A stretch of 64,000 bases of DNA from an uncultured Bacteroidales bacterium (GTDB taxonomy: Bacteria; Bacteroidota; Bacteroidia; Bacteroidales; G3-4614), in the NCBI GenBank assembly GCA_949297125.1, contig CASFRS010000027.1, positions 1,812 to 65,811 of the forward strand, read 5' to 3'. The notes below the pieces were generated by a model that worked only from the letters and a program-made list of their open reading frames with translations, was not told the origin of the DNA and did not search any database. Both the position numbers and the translations under genes were made by a program. This document shows, piece after piece, positions 27,893 to 38,663 of this stretch. Positions within the stretch are counted from its first letter, which is position 1; each line of letters opens with the position of its first letter.

Positions 27893-27916
27893 CGGCAGAA
27901 GAGCGTTTGAATAGCA

Positions 27917-27951
27917 AAAGGCAGGGATCGGTTAGAATCCCTGCTTTTTTT
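27917..27951 (+). terminator. Intrinsic terminator of pnp
   Basis: GCAGGGAT-CGGTTAGA-ATCCCTGC-T8. Confidence 0.8.
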
Positions 27952-28089
27952 GTGTTCCCGCCGTTCCTTGCAGGCGGCATCCTTCTCTTTTCGGCGTAAA
28001 AAAACCGTACTGATGAAAGTCCTTTCAGTACGGTTCCGGCGTATTGTCCATGTGTCTGCCTGTAGATGTACGGCAAGGCTCGCGGACGG

Positions 28090-29238
28090 TTATTGCCCGT
28101 CTTCGTAGAACCATTCGTCCTCCTCGCTGAATCTTGCGCCTGTTCCGCCTCCTTCCTCTTCCGCGTCAAGCGTAAGTTCGTCCTCTTCCCGCTCGCGGTG
28201 CTTTATGTCCAGATTGCGGTGGGTTATGGAAACCGTGCGGTTTTCTTCGCTGTTCAGGACTCTCCACAGCAACTCTTTAAGTTCCCGGATGTTTTTGCCG
28301 CTGACAGCGGAAATCATTATGCAAGGAACACCCTCCGGGAGCTCCCGGCTTATCGCTTCGGTAAGTTCGTCATCGAGGATGTCGCATTTGGTTATTGCTA
28401 TTATGCGCCCTTTGTCCAAAAGGTCGGGATTGAAAGTTTCCAGTTCTTTCAGCAGAATTTCATAATCCTTCCTAATATCGTTGCTGTCGGCCGGAATCAT
28501 GAAAAGCAGGACGGAATTTCTCTCTATGTGGCGCAGGAAACGGAGTCCCAGCCCTTTTCCCTCTCCTGCGCCTTCTATTATGCCGGGTATGTCGGCCATT
28601 ACAAACGTGCGGTTGTCGCCGCACGACACAATGCCGAGGTTGGGTTCGAGCGTGGTGAACGGATAGTCGGCGATTTTGGGCCTTGCTGCCGATACGGTAC
28701 TGAGCAGCGTCGATTTCCCGGCATTGGGAAACCCTACCAGCCCTACGTCGGCCAGCAGTTTCAGCTCCATTATAACCGTCCGTTCGCGTTCCGGCTCGCC
28801 GGGTTGCGCAAATCTCGGGGTCTGGTTTGTGGCGGTCTTGAAATGCCAGTTCCCCTGGCCTCCGCGTCCCCCTTTCAGCAGAATAGTCTCTTCGCCGTCA
28901 TCGGTAACCTCGCATATGTATTCGCCTGTATCGGCATCGAAAACCACCGTCCCGCACGGAACTTCAATTACCTTGTCCTCTCCGTCGCGCCCGAAACTGC
29001 GGTTCTTGCTGCCGTTTTCGCCGTTGCCTGCAAATACGTGCCGCGAATATTTAAGGTGCAGCAGAGTCCAATAGTTCCTGTTGGCGCGCAGTATTACATG
29101 CCCCCCGCGCCCTCCGTCTCCGCCGTCGGGCCCGCCTTTGGGCATGTACTTTTCGCGTCTCAAATGAGCCGAGCCGGCGCCTCCGCGCCCCGAACGGCAA
29201 TATATCTTTACGTAATCTACAAAATTCGACTCTGCCAT
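28090..29238 (-). CDS. obgE: GTPase ObgE/CgtA
   Basis: [33 protein letters not shown]. Confidence 0.97.
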   Translation of the reverse strand: MAESNFVDYVKIYCRSGRGGAGSAHLRREKYMPKGGPDGGDGGRGGHVILRANRNYWTLLHLKYSRHVFAGNGENGSKNRSFGRDGEDKVIEVPCGTVVFDADTGEYICEVTDDGEETILLKGGRGGQGNWHFKTATNQTPRFAQPGEPERERTVIMELKLLADVGLVGFPNAGKSTLLSTVSAARPKIADYPFTTLEPNLGIVSCGDNRTFVMADIPGIIEGAGEGKGLGLRFLRHIERNSVLLFMIPADSNDIRKDYEILLKELETFNPDLLDKGRIIAITKCDILDDELTEAISRELPEGVPCIMISAVSGKNIRELKELLWRVLNSEENRTVSITHRNLDIKHREREEDELTLDAEEEGGGTGARFSEEDEWFYEDGQ

Positions 29239-29263
29239 ATCCGAATAAGGGTTCTATGCGGGT

Positions 29264-29839
29264 TTACAGGAGGGCGATGACTTTCTTTATCTTCTCGAAA
29301 ATGTCGTCTATCGTCCCGTCGCCTACAATAGGTTTGTATTTTCCCTCCTTTATGTAATATTCCCTCAGCGGGTCGGTCTGGTTGTGGTAAACTTCAAGGC
29401 GCTTGTTGATCGTTTCCAGGTTGTCGTCGCTGCGCCCTGAAATGGCGCCCCGTTTCAGCATGCGGTCTATAAGCTCCTCCTCGGCCACTTCCAGCCCGAG
29501 TACTACCGAAATATCCATGCCTCTCTCGGCCAGCATCTTTTTCAACGCTTCGGCCTGCGGTATCGTTCTCGGGAATCCGTCGAATATTACCCCTTTCACA
29601 ATCTCGCTTTTATCGAGCGTGTCGGCGAGGATATTCACAATAAGCTCGTCGGGGAGCAACTGCCCTTTCGATATGTAGCTGTCGGCTATTTTGCCCAGTT
29701 CGCTGCCGCTTTTTATCTCTTTCCTCAGGACGTCGCCTGTGGAAATGTGCGTCAGACCGTATTTCTCGGTAAGCCGTTCGCTTTGTGTACCCTTCCCCGA
29801 ACCGGGTGCTCCGAATATTACAATATTGAGTTTTTCCAT
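29264..29839 (-). CDS. adk: Adenylate kinase
   Basis: GAPGSGKGTQ, HISTGD, FDGFPRT, GRSDDN. Confidence 0.97.
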   Translation of the reverse strand: MEKLNIVIFGAPGSGKGTQSERLTEKYGLTHISTGDVLRKEIKSGSELGKIADSYISKGQLLPDELIVNILADTLDKSEIVKGVIFDGFPRTIPQAEALKKMLAERGMDISVVLGLEVAEEELIDRMLKRGAISGRSDDNLETINKRLEVYHNQTDPLREYYIKEGKYKPIVGDGTIDDIFEKIKKVIALL

Positions 29840-29851
29840 ATAAATATAGTT

Positions 29852-30400
29852 TTACAGTTGATTGTCGTCCAAAATATAAATCTCTTTCAGTCCCCTGCCG
29901 TAACCGTCGTAGTCGAGACCGTACCCCACCACGAACAGGTTCGGTATTTCAAATGCGAGGTAATCTGTCTTCACCCGGTATTTCCTTGCGTCCGGTTTGG
30001 ATAGCAGAGCAGCTATGCGGATGCTTGCAGGCGCGGATTCTTCAAGCTCCGAAACGAACGACGACAGGGAAAGCCCCGTGTCTACGATATCTTCAACTAT
30101 AAGCAGGTTGCGCCCCTCTATTTCGCTGCGTTTAAGCATGCCGCCGATACTTACGTGGCCGGTAGAACCTGTCCCCTCGTACGATTTCAGCCTTACCGAA
30201 GTGATTTCGCACTCTGTCGAAACCTCTCTCAGCAAATCCGCGGCAAAAAACATAGCTCCCGTCATTACGCAGATGACAAGCGGGTTTGACCCTGCCATGT
30301 CCCTGTCTATTTCGGCGGCCAGCCTCTTTATTTCCTTTTTTATGGCCTCCCGGTCTATCTGTTTCTTGAAAAACTTGCCGTTAACCTTTACTCTGTCCAT
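29852..30400 (-). CDS. hpt: Hypoxanthine phosphoribosyltransferase
   Basis: LIVEDIVDTG PRPP motif, FVVGYGLDY. Confidence 0.93.
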   Translation of the reverse strand: MDRVKVNGKFFKKQIDREAIKKEIKRLAAEIDRDMAGSNPLVICVMTGAMFFAADLLREVSTECEITSVRLKSYEGTGSTGHVSIGGMLKRSEIEGRNLLIVEDIVDTGLSLSSFVSELEESAPASIRIAALLSKPDARKYRVKTDYLAFEIPNLFVVGYGLDYDGYGRGLKEIYILDDNQL

Positions 30401-30694
30401 ATAAGCGGGCGGATTACGAGTGCTAAGTTACGGCAACAGCGCGATAAGTCCAAATTAAAGGCACGTAAAAATGATGCCGGCGTTTTAATGCGCATGCTCC
30501 ATTTGCCCTGTAAGGATGCCGATACCGGGCCGTAATATCTTATGTGCCAAATGTGAGAAGCCGCTTTGCCAGCTTGCCGTAAAAAGGCGAAAAAAGAGGC
30601 CGGTGTGCGGCATGCCGGTAAAAATACTTTCTCCTCAGCAAAAAAAGCTATATATTTACACCCTTGAAGCCTTGATTGACGAATAAGACGGAAG

Positions 30695-32215
30695 ATGAAG
30701 ATTTTCAGTGCAAAAGCGAGTAAGGAACTGGATGATTATACGATAATAAAAGAGTCGGTGAGTCATCTCGATTTAATGGAGCGTGCCGCCTCGTCGGTAA
30801 CTTACGAAGTCATATCGAGGTGGCGGCGCAATACGCCGGTAGTTGTATTTGCCGGGCCGGGAAACAACGGCGGCGATGCGCTGGCCGTGGCGCGGATGCT
30901 GATAGACGAAGGGTATGCCGTAATGGTCTATCTGTTCAATACGGGCAATTCGCTGTCGCCGTGTTGCGAAAAGAATCTTGAACGCCTGAGGGATATGGGC
31001 GTGGACGTAACCGAAGTGGTCCAGACGTTCATGCCGCCCGATCTGACACGCGGCATGCTGGTTATAGACGGGCTTTTCGGTGCAGGGCTCAACCGTCCCC
31101 TTACGGGAGGGTTCGTCTCTCTTGTAAGGTACATTAACGAGTCGGAGGCCGACGTACTCTCTATCGACATGCCGTCGGGGCTCTATGGCGAGGACAACCG
31201 TTCCAATTACGGCAATACCATAATAAATGCCGACATAACCGTGTCGTTCCAATACCCCAAACTCTGCTTCATGTTCAAGGAGAACGCAAGGTATGTCGGA
31301 GAATGGCGGATAGCCGACATAGGGATTTCCCAATCGATAATAGACAAAAAGGAGACCCCGTACTATTATCTTGAGGCGGAAGAGGTATCGCGCCTGTTGG
31401 TTGCGCGGAACCGTTTTGCCGACAAGCGCGATTTCGGACACCTGCTGCTTATGGCAGGAAGCGTAGGGATGATGGGGGCGGCGGTAATGGCAGCGAAAGC
31501 AGCCCTCAGGACAGGAGCGGGACTGGTGTCGGTACATTCGGCCGGATGCGGCGAAGAGGTGTTGCAGAGCGCCGTGCCGGAAGCGATGTTCATTCCCGAT
31601 ACCAATATGAACCACATATCCAATTTCGCCGTAAAGCCTTCCCATACGGTGGTTGCGGCAGGTCCGGGGCTGGGCAGACACAAGGATACGGCCGAAGCTC
31701 TGTCGTACCTGTTGAACAAAACCACCATTCCTATGGTAATAGATGCTGACGCCCTCAATATAATAGCCGAAAACAAGGGGATGCTTTCAAGGGTGCACAA
31801 ACATTCTGTCCTGACGCCGCATTACCGCGAATTTGACCGCCTGTTCGGGGCAAGCAACACATTCTATGAACGGATGCTGAAAGGGATTGAGGCCGCGGCG
31901 CAGTACAATATCACAATAGTGCTGAAAGGGGCGAATACGGCCGTAATAACCCCCTCGCGCGAGGTCTATTTCAACAGTACGGGAAACCCCGGCATGGCTA
32001 CCGGCGGAAGCGGCGATGTCCTTACCGGCATAATTGCCGCGCTTATGGCGCAGCGCTACTCCCCGTCCGTCGCAGCCGTCCTGGGAGTGTATCTGCACGG
32101 TATGGCCGGCGACATGGCTGCAGCAGAATATTCCGAAGAGAGCATGACGGCAACCGATATCATATCCAACATTGGCGCAGCATTCAAAAAGCTGCATTCT
32201 TACAACGGAATTTGA
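30695..32215 (+). CDS. nnr: Bifunctional NAD(P)H-hydrate epimerase/dehydratase
   Basis: LMERAA, GPGNNGGD, DMPSG (YjeF-N); GPGLG, DADALN, ATGGSGDVLTG. Confidence 0.93.
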   Translation: MKIFSAKASKELDDYTIIKESVSHLDLMERAASSVTYEVISRWRRNTPVVVFAGPGNNGGDALAVARMLIDEGYAVMVYLFNTGNSLSPCCEKNLERLRDMGVDVTEVVQTFMPPDLTRGMLVIDGLFGAGLNRPLTGGFVSLVRYINESEADVLSIDMPSGLYGEDNRSNYGNTIINADITVSFQYPKLCFMFKENARYVGEWRIADIGISQSIIDKKETPYYYLEAEEVSRLLVARNRFADKRDFGHLLLMAGSVGMMGAAVMAAKAALRTGAGLVSVHSAGCGEEVLQSAVPEAMFIPDTNMNHISNFAVKPSHTVVAAGPGLGRHKDTAEALSYLLNKTTIPMVIDADALNIIAENKGMLSRVHKHSVLTPHYREFDRLFGASNTFYERMLKGIEAAAQYNITIVLKGANTAVITPSREVYFNSTGNPGMATGGSGDVLTGIIAALMAQRYSPSVAAVLGVYLHGMAGDMAAAEYSEESMTATDIISNIGAAFKKLHSYNGI

Positions 32216-32240
32216 AACAGAAGAAACATAAGTTCAGAAT

Positions 32241-33329
32241 ATGAGAAGACTGATTTTATCATTGCTGGCGGCAACAGTGCCGTTTACGGCGGCAATATCG
32301 CAGCAGGCCGCCAAGATAGTGGCAGGCAAATACAACGAATATGCCGTCTCATATCTCCTCCCGCAGACATGCGTGGATATAGAAATTGAAATAGAACATA
32401 CCGTGGCCAAGGCCGGACCGTATGCAGCCTATTCCCAAAAATACCTCGGTATACCCCCGCTGGTAACCGAAGATGTCGACACGTGGGAACTTGTCGGGGC
32501 AAAGGCCGTGCTTACGGGTATCCCCGATACGGAGGTTTATTACAATATACAGTTGAAAGGAGGAAGCGTACCGTATATATTTGTCGACAGGGAAGGTATG
32601 CTGCTGTCGGTAAACGCCGAGCCTGAACTTCCGTCGCAGTCCGGTCCGGAAGGGGAGAAAAAGGTACGTGCCAAAGAGAACGGCGAAGATGCCGATTTCT
32701 CTCCTGTCCTGACAGAGGAGATGCTCAACTCCGGTTCCGACATGAAAATGGCCGAACTTGCAGCCAAACAGATATACCGTCTGCGCGAGAGCAGGACAGA
32801 CCTTATAACCGGCGATTCCGACCAGCGCCCCGACGGAGAGGCCCTCAAGATAATGCTGAGGCAGATCGATGAACAGGAAAGGCTCCTGACGGCGATGTTT
32901 ACCGGAACGGTAAGCCGTACCCGCAAGACCGCCACCGTCAGGTGGATACCCGAAAAGGAGTGTTCCAATCTGGTTGTAGCGCGCATTTCCGAGAAAGAGG
33001 GCGTGGTGGCGGCGGATAATCTCAGCGGCCGCCCCCTGTATCTGACAATGGACAACGTAGTAAAAGGCGAAGAACCGCTCGACAGCAAGGGCAATCCCCT
33101 TGAACTACCGAAGAATGCCGTGATATACAATATCCCCGGCAAGGCCGATATAACATTGACCTACGGGGGCAGGGAACTTGACAGGCAGACGCTGGAACTT
33201 ACCCAGTTCGGGATCAAGTTCGGGCTTAACCCGTCGCTGTTCACCGACAAGAAAGCCCCCGCGTATATGATACTCTATCCGCAGACCGGGGCGGTAAAGA
33301 AAGTCGGGGAGACAGTAAAGGAACAATAG
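32241..33329 (+). CDS. DUF4831-like secreted protein
   Basis: Signal peptide; YLLPQT..AGPYAAYSQKYLG, AKQIYRLRESR, LTQFG pattern of the Bacteroidales family. Confidence 0.75.
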   Translation: MRRLILSLLAATVPFTAAISQQAAKIVAGKYNEYAVSYLLPQTCVDIEIEIEHTVAKAGPYAAYSQKYLGIPPLVTEDVDTWELVGAKAVLTGIPDTEVYYNIQLKGGSVPYIFVDREGMLLSVNAEPELPSQSGPEGEKKVRAKENGEDADFSPVLTEEMLNSGSDMKMAELAAKQIYRLRESRTDLITGDSDQRPDGEALKIMLRQIDEQERLLTAMFTGTVSRTRKTATVRWIPEKECSNLVVARISEKEGVVAADNLSGRPLYLTMDNVVKGEEPLDSKGNPLELPKNAVIYNIPGKADITLTYGGRELDRQTLELTQFGIKFGLNPSLFTDKKAPAYMILYPQTGAVKKVGETVKEQ

Positions 33330-33347
33330 AGGCGGAGGATAAAAAAT

Positions 33348-34568
33348 ATGAAACTCAGGATAACAGCCCCGGCCGCAATCAGGGGGGATATAAGCCTCCC
33401 CTTCTCAAAGAGCATAAGCAACCGTGTGCTGATGATAAACAAGTTGTGCGGTAATCCGTATCGCCCGTCCAATATAGCCGATTGCGATGATACGAAGATA
33501 ATGCAGAAAGGCGTATCGCTCGGCGGCAATATAATAGATACCGGAAGCGCCGGAACGGCAACCCGCTTTATGGCGGCCCTGCTTGCCATAACCCCGGGCG
33601 AATGGGTGCTTACCGGGTCGGCGCGGATGAAACAACGCCCCATAAAGGTGCTGGTAGAGGCCTTGAAAGAGTTGGGTGCGGATATCCGTTATGCAGGAGA
33701 AGAAGGGTTTCTCCCGCTGGAAATAAGCGGCAGGGAACTTGAAGGGGGAGAAACCGAGGTTGACGGCGGTGTCAGTTCGCAATACATATCCGCGATACTT
33801 ATGATAGCCCCCTATACGCGGCAAGGTGTAACGTTGAAGTTCAAAGGGGAAGTGATATCGCGTCCATACATACAGATGACCCTCTCCCTGATGAAGCGTT
33901 ACGGGATAACGGCCGTGATGAAGGAGAACCGGGTAGAAGTCCCGGCCGGGAAGTATGCCGGAGTTCCCTATACGGTAGAAGCCGACTGGTCGGCGGCATC
34001 GTACTGGTACGGTATATCGGCCCTGTTGCAGGATGCCGACATAATACTGGAAGGGCTCGACTACGGCAGCATACAGGGCGATTCCAAAGTGGCGTCGCTC
34101 TTCGTTCCGCTCGGAGTGGCCACCGAATACAATGACGGGTGCGTACGGCTGCGCAAATGCAATTTCGTAAAGAAAACCTATGTGGCCGACCTTGCCGATA
34201 CCCCCGATCTGGCTCAGACGATAGCCGTTACGGCTGCATTGAAAGGGTGTCCGTTTACCCTCTCCGGGGTGCAGTCGCTGAGGATAAAGGAGACCGACCG
34301 TATAGCCGCGCTCATAAACGAGCTCGGCAAGTTGGGGTATTGCCTGGAGTACGACGGCACAGCCCTTTCATGGGACGGTACGCTCAGTTGCCCTGTCGAA
34401 TCGCCCGAAATAGAGACATACGACGATCACCGCATGGCAATGGCTTTTGCCCTTGCTTCCATTACGCACGGCAATATAACCATATGCGATGCGGAAGTTG
34501 TGAGCAAATCCTACCCCGGGTTCTGGGACGACCTGCGGCAGACCGGGTTCGGTACAGAAGAAGCATAG
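33348..34568 (+). CDS. aroA: 3-phosphoshikimate 1-carboxyvinyltransferase
   Basis: SKSISNR, AGTATRF, SSQYISA, KETDRI, DDHRMAM. Confidence 0.96.
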   Translation: MKLRITAPAAIRGDISLPFSKSISNRVLMINKLCGNPYRPSNIADCDDTKIMQKGVSLGGNIIDTGSAGTATRFMAALLAITPGEWVLTGSARMKQRPIKVLVEALKELGADIRYAGEEGFLPLEISGRELEGGETEVDGGVSSQYISAILMIAPYTRQGVTLKFKGEVISRPYIQMTLSLMKRYGITAVMKENRVEVPAGKYAGVPYTVEADWSAASYWYGISALLQDADIILEGLDYGSIQGDSKVASLFVPLGVATEYNDGCVRLRKCNFVKKTYVADLADTPDLAQTIAVTAALKGCPFTLSGVQSLRIKETDRIAALINELGKLGYCLEYDGTALSWDGTLSCPVESPEIETYDDHRMAMAFALASITHGNITICDAEVVSKSYPGFWDDLRQTGFGTEEA

Positions 34569-34571
34569 ACG

Positions 34572-34988
34572 ATGTGGATACTTGTTTCGGCAATAATATT
34601 GCTGGGGATATTCGCCGCGATAGCCGGCAGGATAATGCGGGCCAAAGGGAACGCCCCTTCGGGGGAGGAGAATGACGCTTCCGCCGCAACGGAATGTTGC
34701 GGCATGCACGCGGTATGCGAGAAAGATTCCCTGCTTGCCGCAGCGGGGAAGGAGATAGAGTATTACGACGACTACGAACTGGACGAATACGGCAATACCC
34801 CGTCGTCGGAGTATTCCGACGAGGCCCTGGAGCGGTTTGAGGAAGTCTTCTATACGCTCCGCCCGGAGGATGTGCCGGGATGGGTGCGAAGCCTTTCCAT
34901 GCGGCAGATAGAGATTCCCGACAAGTTAAAGGACGAGATAATAATGATTGTTGAAGAAGAGCGTGAAAAAAAGAATACAAGCCGTTGA
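34572..34988 (+). CDS. Conserved membrane-anchored hypothetical with CCGxHxVC motif
   Basis: N-terminal TM helix; ECCGMHAVCEKDSL; acidic C-terminal domain. Confidence 0.8.
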   Translation: MWILVSAIILLGIFAAIAGRIMRAKGNAPSGEENDASAATECCGMHAVCEKDSLLAAAGKEIEYYDDYELDEYGNTPSSEYSDEALERFEEVFYTLRPEDVPGWVRSLSMRQIEIPDKLKDEIIMIVEEEREKKNTSR

Positions 34989-34994
34989 CCCGCG

Positions 34995-35795
34995 ATGAAC
35001 ATATTTGAATATCAGTTTTTCTGGAATGCGGTTATATCCGTCCTCCTGATGTCCGTAACGGCGGGCATAATAGGCACGTACGTCGTATCGCGCCGGATGC
35101 TTTTCATAACGGGGGGTATAACGCATGCTTCGTTCGGGGGGCTCGGCCTGGGGCTGTTTGCCGGATTGCCCCCTACGCTGACGGCGCTGGTATTTGCAAT
35201 ACTTTCGGCAGCAGGTGTGGAGTGGACCTCGCGCCGCGGCGCGGTACGGGAAGATTCGGCAATAGCCGTCTTCTGGTCGCTCGGCATGGCGCTCGGCATA
35301 ATTTTCGTGTTCCTGACACCGGGCTATACTCCCGGCCTGACAGGATTCCTCTTCGGCAACATCCTTACGGTAACCGTGCGCGACCTGCAGCTGTTCGCCC
35401 TCTTTACGGCCGTAACCGTATTCCTTGCGGCAATATACAACAAGACGGTGATATATACGGCTTTCGACCGCGATTTTGCCAAAGTGCGCGGTATAAACGT
35501 CCGCGCGGTAGAATACACCGTAATGCTCATACTGTCGGTGTGCGTGGTGCTCTCCATAAAGCTGATAGGCATAATGCTGCTGCTGTCGTTTCTCTCCCTG
35601 CCGCAAATGGCGGCCGAACTTTTTGTGCGCCGCTACAACGGCATAATGCTGCTTTCCGCATTGATTGCCGTAGCAGGAGGGCTTGGTGGGCTGGCAGTAT
35701 CGTTTGCAATAGACAAACCTGCCGGGGCATGCATAGTCTTTGTCCTGGCAATCTTATACATGGCCCTGCGCTGTTTTAAGAAAAGGGCACAATAA
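34995..35795 (+). CDS. Zn/Mn ABC transporter permease (ZnuB-like)
   Basis: GGITHASFGG, FLFGNIL, AFDRDFAKVRG. Confidence 0.9.
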   Translation: MNIFEYQFFWNAVISVLLMSVTAGIIGTYVVSRRMLFITGGITHASFGGLGLGLFAGLPPTLTALVFAILSAAGVEWTSRRGAVREDSAIAVFWSLGMALGIIFVFLTPGYTPGLTGFLFGNILTVTVRDLQLFALFTAVTVFLAAIYNKTVIYTAFDRDFAKVRGINVRAVEYTVMLILSVCVVLSIKLIGIMLLLSFLSLPQMAAELFVRRYNGIMLLSALIAVAGGLGGLAVSFAIDKPAGACIVFVLAILYMALRCFKKRAQ

Positions 35796-35849
35796 AGGAC
35801 TTCAATAACCGTATAATTATAGTAGGCCGGCTGACGTCCCGACATAGAC

Positions 35850-38648
35850 TTGAAAAAGAGATACATCTACATATGCGCGGTAGCGGCGCTGCTTGTCGCC
35901 GCAGTTTCGTGTTCCCCGAAAAAGAATACGAAAGCCAGTCGCTTTTATCAGGGGCTTACCACGCGCTTCAACGTCCATTTCAACGGGTACGAGTCCTATA
36001 AGGAGAATCTTAAAGGGATGCAGGACGATTATAAGGACGACTATACCCGCCTGGTGCATCTGCACCCTGTCAGTGCATACGGAAACGAAAAGGAGCCCCA
36101 GCCCTCCGGCGATTTTGAACGTTCCATAGAAAAAAGCAAAAAGGCCATACAGCTTCACTCGATAAAAAAGAAGCCTAAGCGCGATCCGAAAAAGATGAGC
36201 AACCCGAAGTACCGCGCTTTCGTCAACCGCGAAGAATTCAACCCGTACATACACAACTCGTGGATGTTGCTCGGCAAGTCGCAGTTTCATAAGGGGGCAT
36301 TCCTTGAGGCCTCTGCAACTTTTGCGTATATAATACGCCATTTCACATGGAAAGAAGACGTGGTAAGGGAAGCCCGCATATGGCTGATGCGAAGCTACCT
36401 TGAAATGGGATGGCTGTACGAGGCAGAGGATGTCTTGCATAAAATAAGGCTCGACTCCGTGCCGCCCTCGCTTAACGGGCAACTCGCCATGGCCTGTGCC
36501 GATTACCATATCCGCCGGGAAAACTATGCCGAGGCAATCCCGCACCTGAAGGCCTCCATAAATGCGCAAAAGAACAAATCGCAGAAAATACGCCAGACAT
36601 TTGCCCTGGCCCAGATATACGCCCTGGAAGGGGAGAAGCAACTCTCCTACGATACCTATGCGAAGATCTTGAAGATGAATCCCGTATACCGGACCGCGCT
36701 GAATGCCCGCATAAAGCAGACCGAAGTAATGACCGGCGGCAATATGGAGAAAGTGATAAAGGACCTGCTCAAAATGGTGAAGAGTTCCCGCAACGAAGAG
36801 TACCTCGATCAGATATATTATGCCGTCGGCAATATCTACCTGGCGCAGAAAGACACGGCAAAGGCAATAGAAAACTATATTCTGGCAAATGAAAAAAGTA
36901 CGCGCAACGGAATAGAAAAAGCGGTGAACCAGATAACGTTGGGCAACCTCTACTTCGAGCAGCAGCGGTACACCAAGGCGCAGCCGTGTTATGCCGAGGC
37001 TATTCCGCTGCTCGACGAGACGTATCCCGATTACGAACTCCTTTCGCGCCGCTCGACAGTCCTGGACGAACTCAGCATGTATGCCGAGACGGTTGAAGTG
37101 CAGGACAGCCTGCAATATGTGGCATCGTTGCCCGAAGAAGAGATAATGGCCCTGATAGAAAAAAAGATAGAAGAGATAAAGGAGGCCGAGCGGCTTCTGA
37201 AAGAAGCCGAAGAGAGGGAAGCCTACATGCAGGAGCAGCAGGCCATAGCATCGCAGTTCGCCCCCGGTTTTTCGGGTAACGCGCAAGCCCCTACGGTGGG
37301 GGTAATGCCCTCTACCAGCAACAGCTGGTACTTTTACAACCCGGCCTTGGTGTCGGCGGGAAAGACCGACTTCCAGCGCAAGTGGGGAAACAGGAAACTT
37401 GAAGACGACTGGCGTCGCCGCAACAAGGCTGCATTCTCCATGTCCGACTTTGAAGAGTACGACTATGACGCCGAAGACGAGGAACTTGCCCGGCTCGATT
37501 CGTTGGGCGTGGCCGAAAACGCTGCCGATTCTCTCGATATTCCCGTCAGCGATGAAAAGGACCCCCGGTTCTATTTGCAGCAGCTCCCCCGTACGGAGGA
37601 AGAACTTGCCCTCTCCGACGACCTTATAATGGACGGGCTTTACAATATGGGCATAATCCTCAAGAACGACCTTGAAGACTACAACGCCGCAATGGACTGC
37701 TTCAACCGCCTTGAAACGGAATACCCCGACAACCGTTACCGTTTGGAGTATTATTACAATATCTATCTGATGAACATGATGGCCGGAAATACCCTCGAAG
37801 CCGAGAACTACCGGCAAAAGATACTCTCCGGTTTCCCCGACAGCCGGTATGCGCAGGCCATGGCCGATCCAAATTATCTGGAGAATCTCCGGACAATGGA
37901 GGTGGAGCAGGATACCCTGTACCGTATGGCATACGACAGGTTCCTTGCAGGCGACAATCCCGATGTCCATAAACGGTTCGATGAATTCGTCCGGAAATAC
38001 CCGCTGTCGCGCAACATGCCCAAGTTCATGCTGATAAATGCATTGGCGTATGTAAACGAGCGGGATATAGAAAATTTCAAGTCGGCATTGCGGATGCTGC
38101 TCGAACGTTATCCCGAGGAGGAGACCTCCGAGTTGGCCACCGAAATGCTGAAAGGCCTGGCTCAAGGGAGGGAAGTTGTCTCGGGAACGGGAAAACAAGA
38201 TATCTGGACAATGCGTTTAGGCCGAGGGGGAGAAGTTGCCGAAGAGGGGGCTGCCGAAGTGGAGCTCCCGCCGTTTGAATGGGAAAACGACGTACCCTAT
38301 ATGATGATAATGGCATTCCCGTCCGATACAGTCGATGCCAATCTGGTGCTTTTCCTTGCCGCACGCTACAATTTCACGAATTTCTACATAAAGGATTTCG
38401 ATTTGCAGCTTGTATCGGGCGACGGGGTAGGTATGCTCAACATAAAGGGGTTCTCCAACCTGCGGGAGATAATGCTGTACAGGAAAAAAATAGAAGGCGC
38501 CGACGGGATGAACCTCCCCGACGGAGTCCGCAAGATAATGATAAGCGAAGATAATTACCAGTTGCTCATGAACGGGTATTCGTTTGAAGATTACCAGAAG
38601 TTCTGGGATGAAAATCTTATTTTGCAGGATGCGGAGCTATATCAGTAA
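35850..38648 (+). CDS. porW: TPR lipoprotein, T9SS component PorW/SprE
   Basis: Lipobox VSC then SPKKNTKASRFYQGLTTRFNVHFNG; KAIQLHSI; WYFYN..FQRKWGNRKLEDDWRR; TPRs; adjacent to porX; TTG start. Confidence 0.8.
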   Translation: MKKRYIYICAVAALLVAAVSCSPKKNTKASRFYQGLTTRFNVHFNGYESYKENLKGMQDDYKDDYTRLVHLHPVSAYGNEKEPQPSGDFERSIEKSKKAIQLHSIKKKPKRDPKKMSNPKYRAFVNREEFNPYIHNSWMLLGKSQFHKGAFLEASATFAYIIRHFTWKEDVVREARIWLMRSYLEMGWLYEAEDVLHKIRLDSVPPSLNGQLAMACADYHIRRENYAEAIPHLKASINAQKNKSQKIRQTFALAQIYALEGEKQLSYDTYAKILKMNPVYRTALNARIKQTEVMTGGNMEKVIKDLLKMVKSSRNEEYLDQIYYAVGNIYLAQKDTAKAIENYILANEKSTRNGIEKAVNQITLGNLYFEQQRYTKAQPCYAEAIPLLDETYPDYELLSRRSTVLDELSMYAETVEVQDSLQYVASLPEEEIMALIEKKIEEIKEAERLLKEAEEREAYMQEQQAIASQFAPGFSGNAQAPTVGVMPSTSNSWYFYNPALVSAGKTDFQRKWGNRKLEDDWRRRNKAAFSMSDFEEYDYDAEDEELARLDSLGVAENAADSLDIPVSDEKDPRFYLQQLPRTEEELALSDDLIMDGLYNMGIILKNDLEDYNAAMDCFNRLETEYPDNRYRLEYYYNIYLMNMMAGNTLEAENYRQKILSGFPDSRYAQAMADPNYLENLRTMEVEQDTLYRMAYDRFLAGDNPDVHKRFDEFVRKYPLSRNMPKFMLINALAYVNERDIENFKSALRMLLERYPEEETSELATEMLKGLAQGREVVSGTGKQDIWTMRLGRGGEVAEEGAAEVELPPFEWENDVPYMMIMAFPSDTVDANLVLFLAARYNFTNFYIKDFDLQLVSGDGVGMLNIKGFSNLREIMLYRKKIEGADGMNLPDGVRKIMISEDNYQLLMNGYSFEDYQKFWDENLILQDAELYQ

Positions 38649-38663
38649 AAACGGAGGAGCAAT

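Noticed and set aside
35817-38198. 793-aa antisense ORF opposite porW (and similar shadows over thrC, apgM, obgE, uxuA)
   Set aside because: These fully overlap well-supported genes on the other strand and have atypical composition.
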